A stretch of 64,000 bases of DNA, taken from positions 2,232,001 through 2,296,000 of the forward strand of contig SMSO01000036.1 of assembly GCA_004764695.1 (NCBI GenBank), read 5' to 3'. Shown one piece after another: positions 43,828 to 53,551 of this stretch. The notes below the pieces were generated by a model, which saw nothing but the letters and a program-made list of their open reading frames with translations, was not told where the DNA came from and searched no databases. Within the stretch, counting starts at the first letter, position 1; the number at the start of each line of letters is the position of its first letter. Position numbers and translations under genes: made by a program. The DNA is from Schizochytrium sp. TIO01 (taxonomy: Eukaryota; Protista; Bigyra: Labyrinthulomycetes).

Positions 43828-46800
43828 AAGAAAGCAAAGAAAACCAAAGCAGAGAAAACAGCTCAAGTCGGTCCGTCCAATCGAGCTGCCTTCATCTTTA
43901 ACTCGGGTCATTCTGAGCCCGGTGGAGCTTTGGATGATGGCCACCTGCGCACACACACAATAGAGAGAGAGAGAGAGAGACCCACGCCTGCGCTCGCGCT
44001 CGCCCAGCAACGATGATGGACTTTCCGTCGCTCGATCGCTCGGAGTTGACTTCTTCGAACATTGGCCCTTCGCTGCTGTATCCCAGCCTCAGACCAATGG
44101 GCGGATAAGGGCCTCGAAGGCCAAGCTTTCCAGGACTCTCGCTAAAGTTCATGGTCTCCACGGCGGTCAGGACGATGACGGCGATGCAGAAGATCCCGAC
44201 GACGGATGGTACGTATGTATGAACCTCACCATCGTGGCGGCGACCGGCGCCGAGGCCTTCTCGGCAAGCAGCAGCTGCAAACAGTCGAGGGCGTGGTCTC
44301 CGCGGGGTCATGTGTCCTCGAGCGAGCGGCGACCCTGCATCGTGGATCTCGAGCGCACAGCCGTGAGTGAAAGACAGACAAACAAACACAGAGACAGACA
44401 GTTCGTGGATCTTGCGAGACGAGACGCCTCCGCGTGAGAAGCCGAGGACAGGAGGTGGGCCTGGGAGCCGCCGCCACTCCCTTCGAGGCCTCTTTCGCGG
44501 CAGCTGTGCTCCTCGAACGCCTGGGTGGCCTCGTGGGCAGCCAGAAGGCAGAAAGAATCAGGTAAGAAAGCGAGAAGAAACGAGCAGGAAAGTCCTTCCT
44601 GAGTTCTCTCTGTTCAACCCACTTTCGAATGCATTCGTTCACTACTCTCACTATAACATATTGCGATATTACACAATGCATCGAATCATTATTTTATTTT
44701 ATAACGATGATTAAATAAAAACGTTTAAAAAGAAAAAGAGGGAAAAAACATTTATTTTGCTGCACTTTTGATCGAAAGTGCGACGTGCTCTGGAGAATCA
44801 CCATGAGCAGCCACGCAGGTTTAGGCTGGAGACTATATACTTCTTGATCTTTATATCCTCGCGATGACGACGATGACCCTGGTCCAATCAGGGTCGCCAT
44901 TGTTCAGTTGGGTCCTCAGAAAAAAATGATCTTCTTGATCCTCTGTGAAACAAGTGAGATAGGCCTCACTCTAAACTTCTATTACAATAGCAAACGCGCA
45001 CTCATTGTTTCTGGCCTTCACTTTTATCAATTAAAAATAATATATATATACTTTTGTGAAAAAGAGTAGATGGAACTCCTCGGCTGTTCAACAAAGTTAT
45101 TTGCAACAATTTATGTAGATCGTGCCACGCTCTAGAAACGAGGCTCGGCGCATCGTCCGTGAGCGAATGCCTATAAATTCTCGAAGACAATTCGAAGACG
45201 TTCCTACGAGTTTGGAAAAAGAAGCCCAAGTTCGAAGGCCTTTTATGTTAAAATGGATGTAGTTGGAAAAATAAAACATACTTTTACAAAAAGAACTAAC
45301 TTTTAAGCCTCCTTTGCTGGAAGAAAGATTCGCCAAGATGAAGAAAGGCGCCAAACAAAGAAAGTATTTGAAGGAATTTCTTTTCTTTTCTTTTTCAACA
45401 AAATAAAATTAAATTTATTTTATTTATGTATGATATATAGATGATATATATATTAAAAATTAAAATTAAAAGAAAAAGAAAAAGAAAACGAGGACACGAA
45501 GGAGGGAGGGGCAGACAGCGAGTTAGTTCGTTAGTTAGTTCGTTAGTTCTTCAAATACACGAATGAATCCTTTGACCACTCCAAAGGCAGCCTCAGCCGA
45601 TCAAGCAAAAGCCTCTCGTCATTTCAGCTCCTCGACGCTTTCGCTCGCGACCTGTGCCTTCTCTAAGCTCCACGCGCCTTCATTTCCGCCCATCTACAGC
45701 CTTTCTCCATTTCACAATCGATCTCGAGGATCTGTGTTTATTCTTCGCAGCTACGCCTCCTAAGCAGAACAAATATGTACATATACCCTCAGAAGGCTCA
45801 TTCTTTGTTTCTTTCTTTTTTGTCTTTCTGCACATGCATATAAGTATGTAAGTATGTAAGTATGTAAGTATGCAAATATGATGTCTGTACGTCTGCAATT
45901 CTCTCTATCAGCGATGACGGGAATCTTCTCCTCCAAAGAAGCGCGCCTCATCTGAGGCTGAGAAGGCGGCGTTCCGGAGAGAGGGGCGGCGGGAAATAAG
46001 CGGCGTTGAGGCCTTCAGTCTTCGCGATCGCACGGCTTCTCGAGCTCTTCTTCTGCGGACCGCTGGTTCTGATGACGCGGAGCTCTCTCGCTTCGATGTG
46101 AGCGAAACGGCGATTAAGAGGAGGAGGCGCTATAAATAGCGCTCATCTTTTGGATTCCTCTTTTCAATTAATCAATCAATCAATAATTCATTCATTTGCT
46201 TCAGGTTATTGGTTTGTTGATGTTGGTCCTAAGCTTAAAGACCAAATCAATTGCGTCTTTTATAATTATAAAGTGTACATATTGAGAGGAGAAAAACCAG
46301 TTGGTGCTCGATATGGTGACGGCGCCTTTTTTTGGAAGCGCAGGATTTAATGATGGATTGCTTTTTGGCTCTTCTGCTCAGGCCCCGAATACAATACACA
46401 ATTCATGGACGCATGGATGCATAAACCTTCTTGATAACTTGGCGGTGGTTGGGATAAGGCACATCCATCCACGGCGTCCCTCGCGGCGGCAATATTCTCC
46501 GTCTGGGGGAGCCAATTGCAGATTCTGCGTGAGTTTCTTTCATTTACTTGCTACTTTCATGATACCTGCACTTACTTTGGTCGATTGAAGCGTGTGCATG
46601 AATTGGGGGTATCCAACGCTTAGGTGAAAAAATGGCATGAGCACGATTTGTTCCCTCACCCATTCATTCACTCACTCATTCATTCATCCGTTCACGCCAC
46701 GGTCCCCCGCGTTCTCCAAGATCTCCTCTCCAGGAAAGGGTGCATAACCGTTCTCTGCAGAGCCAAAGCCGTCTCTCGAGCTCTCGCGAAGGCCTGAAGC

Positions 46801-46915
46801 TCGGCTGATGACGCTTCTTTGCGATATCGAACGGCTGCGAAAAGGCTCTCCGTGTCCAACTCCCTGCCATGTTAAAGTTGTAACTATTACTATAATTCTT
46901 AACTTTTTAAAGGCG

Positions 46916-46944
<29 letters not shown>
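46916..46944. repeat. Poly(T) run, ~29 nt
   Basis: Read directly. Confidence 0.95.
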
Positions 46945-46951
<7 letters not shown>

Positions 46952-47259
46952 ATTAAATAAATTAAAAATATATAATCAATTCAGTAAATAAATAAAAAGT
47001 ACAAATCAAATAGAAAACGTTGCGACAACAACGAGAACGACAGCAAAATACACGCCCTCCTTGAACGTATTCTTTCGCCATGCGGCGTAATCGAAGAGGC
47101 CCCCAAATAGCTCGCAGCGCACCACCCCGTTCGGCACTACCTCAGACTCTAGTCTAGATTCCTCATGACACATTAAACTTATTTATATTTTGATGAAAAC
47201 AGCCTCTCATCCTCAATTATACACGTACGCGTGTGTATGTATAAATAAGAGAGTTCTGC

Positions 47260-47320
47260 GATTTGCTTATTTGCTTATTTGTTTATTTGTTTATTTGTTT
47301 ATTTGTTTATTTGTTTGCTT
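47260..47320. repeat. (TTTATTTG)n octamer repeat
   Basis: Read directly. Confidence 0.9.
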
Positions 47321-47717
47321 GAAATAGATTTAAAATAGATTTACAATAGAAATTAGATAAAGGAAACCATATGAGAAGAAGGACGGAGCATCTTGAGAAG
47401 CGCTTGGACTTGGAGAAGAACCCTGAAGATCCGAATCCGACGCCGTCATCATCCCCAGTCTTCACTGCACTCGATCGAAATCACTGCCGTCGCGACTGCA
47501 CAAAAGCTTCCCTCGGAACCTCTGCTTTGGACCGGAGGGCCAAGGCCAAGGAAGGGATACAGGCGTCGGCAAGACGCGAAGAGCCCTGAGCAAACTGCGC
47601 GATGGAAACCCCAAAGAATGAGAGCAGTTATGCTTTGCCAGTGGGTTGGCAGAGAGCCCATTAGCTAAGAAGAAAACTACGAGAGTCTTTAAGGGTTTAT
47701 GCATAGGTAGGATGAAC

Positions 47718-47772
47718 AGTGAGTGAGTGAGTGAGTGAGTGAGTGAGTGAGTGAGTGAGTGAGTGAGTGAGT
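47718..47772. repeat. (GTGA)n microsatellite
   Basis: Read directly. Confidence 0.95.
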
Positions 47773-49247
47773 TATAAAGGAAGGGGCGGGGAAGTACAGG
47801 GTACCCCCCTCTAAAGGGAGGACACTTGGAAGAAAAGGTACCAGGAAGGGCCAAAGGGAGGCATAGAGGAAGCACGCAGGAACGGGCACCGCAGCGCGCA
47901 CTGCGGGAAGCGGTGCGAGGATTTTTCTCGGACAGGAGCCTGAGGAGGCACTCCCACAGTAGAGCCCTGGGTTCCTGAAGGCTGTGGGGGAAAGGAGAGT
48001 CTGAGTGGATCGGGCTAGGTAGTCGTAGAGGTTTGCGATAGGTAAGTCCTATCAGAAACTCGCAAGACAGGGAGACCTCTGTTCCCCCTACCACACCCGC
48101 ATTCACTTCGAGTTGTTCGAGTCCCTCTATCTTCCTAGCTATTCGGGTATTACTAAATTTATTGTTTCGTTAAAAATGAAAATACATGAATCAATTTATT
48201 TCAATCTCTATTTCAATCTCAATCTCAATTTCAATCTCAATCTCAATCTCAATTTCAATTTCAAAGAGATGTATTTATTTAGTCATTCATTCAACTATTG
48301 ATGCATAAGAAAAGGGCGAAAGAGTGAAGCGATGAGTGAATATACAATGAGCGGAGAAAGCAGTGGCGACTTTCCTTTACCTTTCTTTGTTCTCTGCGTT
48401 CTCTTCCTTTTGAAGAGCGGCGGAGACCACACTATGCCTATGGATGGATTACGACGAAGAGCCCAATGCGAAACGAAAAGAGCGACGACCGCGCGAATCT
48501 CGGCCACCTGAGATGGGCGTCATCTCACGCATTTCGCCTGTTTGCTCAACATTCCTACGCACCCGGAAGAAGGAATGCATCTGCTGCTGCTTCGCTTCTG
48601 ACTTTGTAACCAACCAAGTGACGAACTGCAAACGTGGACGACCAGTCTCTCTCATTGCTCGATGGCAGTGGTCAGTATTTCCATTCATCCGTCGCGCTAT
48701 ATATATTTTTATAGAAATATATGCATCTATAAATATACAGATATATGCATGTATGTATGTATCTATAAATAGAAATAGAAATAGAAATAGAAATAGAAAT
48801 ATATATATTTATATATGTATAAGTTTATCTGTGTAATTACGCTTAGAAGGACCCGGCTTGCGGCAGATGAGTGGACAGGCATTGCGAGGAATGTGTGGAC
48901 TCGACTGAAGCCAAAACGGCGTTGAGCGGCTCAGTCTTCGGAGCAAACGAAGGGTCGGGGACGCGGAGAGTGCGGACTGTCTGTCAGAGCCACGCACACA
49001 GTCACACTCACATCCACTCACGCGAAGCCACTGCAAAGCTGCAGTGCAAAGCTGCAGAGAGTTGATCCAAGCTTTGATCCAATCATTGACCGATCTTTCA
49101 GGCGCTCGCTGCTGCCTTCTCTTCTTCTTCTTCTTCTTCTTCTTTCTCTTCAGTCCTCAATCTTCGTGGAATTGTTTTTGATTAAAAGCAGATAAATAAA
49201 GGGCAGCAACCACAAAAAGGAAAAGAAAAAGAAAAAGAAAAGAGAAT

Positions 49248-49443
49248 CTCATTCATTCATTCATTCATTCATTCATCAATTCATTCTTTCATTCATTCTT
49301 TCATTCATTCTTTCATTCATTCTTTCATTCATTCTTTCATTCATTCTTTCATTCATTCTTTCATTCATTCTTTCATTCATTCTTTCATTCATTCTTTCAT
49401 TCATTCTTTCATTCATTCTTTCATTCATTCTTTCATTCATTCT
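49248..49443. repeat. (CATT)n followed by a higher-order 12-mer (TTTCATTCATTC)n array
   Basis: A simple tetramer run converts into about 13 regular 12-bp units. Confidence 0.93.
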
Positions 49444-49699
49444 TGCACTACCAATCGTGGCAAGAAGAGGAAGGATTAAGAGTTCTAGCGCATGCTACCG
49501 CAGTCTAAGTGAGTCCTAGCCCACCTTCTGTTAGTCCTTCTCTATGTTTCTTCCTGGAGCGACGCCGTACGAGCAGAACAAAAGTGGACGTCCGTTAAGA
49601 CTGCGGGTGACCGCGGAACAAGGGCTGCGGGGATGAAATGTCTCGAGCGATGCCCGCAGACGTACCCCCACAGCCCCCGCACGCGTTGCAGGCGGCGGA

Positions 49700-49735
49700 A
49701 AGAAGAAGAAGAAGAAGAAGAAGAAGAAGAAGAAG
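49700..49735. repeat. (GAA)n microsatellite
   Basis: Read directly. Confidence 0.95.
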
Positions 49736-50956
49736 ACGCTTTCCCTTCCCGCCGCTTTGGACGCCGGCGCCTCCCCCGGCGTGAGGGGGCCCAAATCGGA
49801 GGCTGCGGGGGGCGCTTCGCGCGAATTCTCAGGAAAAGCAGCTTCAAGCTGCCCCGCACCCAAAGGTTATCGCGAGCGCCCGACCGAAGCGCCCTTCCAC
49901 ACCCACCCGCTGCGGGGACATCTTCTCCTCCACTCCCCACTGCGGGACTTTAAGCCGGCATGCACTGGACCCCCTCCTCCCGTCCCTTCGCACGGATCAT
50001 CGTCTGTCTTCATGGACAAGTCTTCGCACGGGAGACCTCCGTGCCGCTGCCTCGCCTTCTGCAGCGGCGCTGGCCGCCCGGGCGGGCCCTGGCGGCGGGC
50101 CTGGGGCCTCCCGGCTGCCCAGGGCTTCGTCTGTGGCCCTCCCTGGCGGCCCGCCGGCGGCCCTGTGGCCCTCGAGAGGCCCTTCTTGGCGGAGCCAGCA
50201 GCGGCCCATCGAAGGGCCTCGCCGGGAGTCCTACTGATTAAGTAGGTGACTATTAGGCGAGGAAGAACTTCAAATCGAGCGCTGCGAAAGCAAAACCCGA
50301 ATATCGTCGAAGCGCTGTGCTGCCGAAGACGACGCGCGCGTGGAGGAGAGCAGCGGAGCGGCGAAGGACTGACTGGCTGACCGGCTGACGCTGGAGCTTC
50401 GAGGAGGACGCTGCGCAGAGGCACGGCGAGGCGCCCCTGGCCGCTGGCTGGCTGAGCGGAAGCTGCGGCAGAAAGGGCACGGGATCCGAGGCTGCGCGAG
50501 GAATTTTGAAATCCAAGGACACTGCTAGCTAGGTTAATTAGCGTTATTGGTGAGAGAGGTAAGTGTTATGGTATATGGTAGGAGGGCAGTAGGGGGTGTT
50601 CCGTTTGGTGGGCGTTCCTTTCTTATTTTTGTTTTGTATTGTATTGTTTGGTTTGTATGTTAATATGAGGGAGGTGTTCTTTCTTTTTCGTTTGAGTTGG
50701 TGAGGTTGGTTTGATTGCATTGCATTGATTGCTTTGGCTGCGTTGGATTGGATTTGATTGGGTTTGTCGTGAGGTGCTGTTATCATCTTCCTTTGGGGCA
50801 CTTTGTGACATCTTCTTTGGATATTCTTTCTATGTTCTTTGTGCCTGGCTGTTGGTCTGTTTAGTTGGCTTGTTTTTATACTCCGTTCGTTCGTTCGTTC
50901 GTTCGTTCGTTTGTTCGTCCTCTTTTTTCCTGGAAATTCTGGGAAGAGCAGAGGAG

Positions 50957-51119
50957 TCTTTCTCTTTCTTCTTCTTCTTTTTCTTCTTCTTTCTCTTTCT
51001 CTTTCTTCTTCTTTTGTCTTTTCTTTTTTCTCTCTTCTCTTTCTTCTCTCTTTCTTCTTCTATTTTGTCTTTTCTCTCTTCTCTCATCTCCCTTTCTTCT
51101 TCTTTCTCTTTTCCTTTTC
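50957..51119. repeat. Polypyrimidine (C/T) low-complexity tract
   Basis: ~160 bp almost free of purines on the + strand. Confidence 0.9.
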
Positions 51120-53551
51120 ACTTAGTTTTTGGAAAAGGAGAGACTGCTGACGAGACGAGCGTGAAGAAGCAAAAGCAAATTCGATTCGCAAGCAGACCTT
51201 CTGCGCGAGCGAGTTGAGGCTGCTGCTGCAAGCTCCGAGGAGAGCTGTGCAAAGGAGCGCTACGCCGATAAGAACCAGACAATCTGACCTGAAGCAATTG
51301 GGCCTCGGAGAGCGGTGCTGGCAGAGAGCTTTTTGGCGAAGCTGGAGAGCTCATTGGCGAGAAGGTACGTTGATTGACGGAGAAAGGAGCCCGGTTCCAC
51401 TCCTCCTCGAGTTAGGATGGTACTCGAACAAGCTGGCGCTCTAAGAAAGGGCTTTGAAGAACAGGAACAAGGAGAAGAGATCACGAGGCGCCTCCGCGGC
51501 GAGACGTTCGTCCATCATTACGTTTGCTAAAGCGTCACGCTTATTTTCTAGCCTGGTACATGGATAGATAAATCATCGAGCAAACGAGGAGAAGGTTTGA
51601 AAGAAATAAGAGGGGGATAGAATAAACGAATTCATGAATACTTTATTTTGTGAAAAAGGAAGAAGGAAAGAAGGAAGGAATGCGAAGGAAAAGAGGCGCA
51701 ACGCTCGATTCTAAAGGCCTGTGCGAAGAAGGAGAAAGTCAATCAGATTAAGAGGCTGTGCCGAAAACCTGACGAAGACCTACTATGTACCCCCCTTAGG
51801 AACTTCAAAGCTTCTGTTTTCTGTATTCCCCTTCTAATGCTGGTAGAACAAATAGATCAATGAAATATATGATGAGGAAAGAATATGGCGCATCATTTAT
51901 CCTGTGTTTATAGGGAAAACTCGGCGAGCGAGCCAGAACGAGTAAAAGGAGAAAAAAATTATGAGAAAATCGGCGGGTGAAGGTTCAATTGGACTTACAT
52001 TGAGGTTCTAGGTGTTCCTCTGAAGAAGTCGTGTCCCCCCATTCACGTTATTATAGAGGCTTTGACTCGCTCGCTCTGGGCCGAGCGCTTTTCAATCGAT
52101 TGAAACGCGCTCCTTCGACGTGGTGTAGAGATAAGTTTCTTCCTCCTTATCTCCCTCCGTTCATTCGCTCTCTTTGTTTTCTTTTATGATATTGGTCGAT
52201 TCCTTCTTTTATGTTTCTGTAACTATCAGGAAAAAAACAACAACAACTTCTATGCATGAACCAACAACGCGAAGCTCGACATCAATCTGGTCGAGTCGCG
52301 ACCGGATTACCTCGATTAGCCGACTCTATAACTATCACAAGGAGTTGATCGGACCTGAAAAGGCGAAAGTCGTATTGGCCACAAAAATGAAGAACAGAAC
52401 TAGCCCACTCATGCACTTAAAGTACCCGTTAGAGTACTGATAGCCGAGGGCGTAATGTAATTCGGGCACAGGAAGGACTTTTGTTGATTTACTCCTCCTC
52501 CTTCTTGGTGTACCGAAAGGCGAGGATTGCGCTGGTCGAAACGGCACGGGTCACTGGCTTGAGCGGTAGGTAGCACGCGCTCTCTGAGAGTCCCTCTTAA
52601 CGGCTGGTAGAGTATCATCAGCTCACTTACGATGCAAGGTCATCAGATGCTATATATGTGTCATGGGCCTTTTTCGTTTGCCACTCATCCGCTGGATAGG
52701 TTTATCTGCTTGATAAGCTGATTGTATTCGTGTTACCCGAACTCGGCATATACTCTTGTGATATATAGCGACGCCTGCCAAGGCTACATATAAGCCAGCC
52801 ATCGCCCGTGGAAGATTACATGAATTGCGTTTGTTCTTCTTTTTCCTCGTGGAGCAGTCACTGTATCTTTCTTCCGGATATTCTGAAGCCGGACTCGTGT
52901 TGAGTGATGAAGAGCTTTCAATTAAGTTTTCTTTTGCTAAAAGACCTAAAAAGAAGAAGAAATTGAGAGTGGAGGTTCTGTTTTAGACGAAACGACAGGC
53001 TAGCACAAGCAAAAACGAAGTTGACGCAGTAGCCTGGTTAGAGCGTCTGTTCGCTTTGCATCAGCCTGCATCCATCTGATCTAGCATGCCCGGTTGTGTT
53101 GGCAAACAAAGAGAAAGGCTGGCTGGCTGACTAGCTGGATAGATGGATGGATGGATGGATGGAAGGCTGGCTGGCTGGCTGGCTGGTCAAAATGCGAACC
53201 TTCTAATTGAATAGGTTGGGGTGTATGATACCAGATTTAGGAAATAGGAGCAGGAGGAGATGAAGGGAAAGGGGGAGTGGGCTAAAAGATGTGCTGCGGG
53301 AAAGGAACTTCGGAACTGGAAGAATCAAGACGTAGAATGATTTGAAAGACTAACTTTGACGAAAATCATTATGACAAAAAGTGAAAGATCAGAACTGTTC
53401 TTTAGAGACCCTTGCAGTAGTTTCATCAAACCAGTGTTGAGCAATACAAAGGAAATCATAAAACACTGAAGGGACGCAAGCAGAACTATATCTCTCTAAT
53501 ATTCGACCGTGACCGAAATTCCGCTGGGAAATCGAAACACACGGCAGTACA

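Noticed and set aside
44583-44650. GCAGGAAAGTCC resembling the RNase P/MRP RNA CR-I motif
   Set aside because: No complementary P4 3' strand/CR-V at a suitable distance could be identified by eye; an Infernal search would settle it.
46916-46944. Poly(T) run as a retroposon poly(A) tail
   Set aside because: No target-site duplication, polyadenylation signal or element body identified.
48105-48128. GTTCGAGTCCC tRNA T-loop/B-box-like word
   Set aside because: No T-stem pairing or cloverleaf upstream.
49531-51484. Multiple overlapping 70-185 aa ORFs
   Set aside because: Arise from GC-rich or polypyrimidine sequence depleted of stops; no recognisable domains, mostly non-ATG starts.
53025-53060. 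TAGCCTGGTTAGAGCG tRNA D-arm-like word
   Set aside because: No anticodon or T arm follows.
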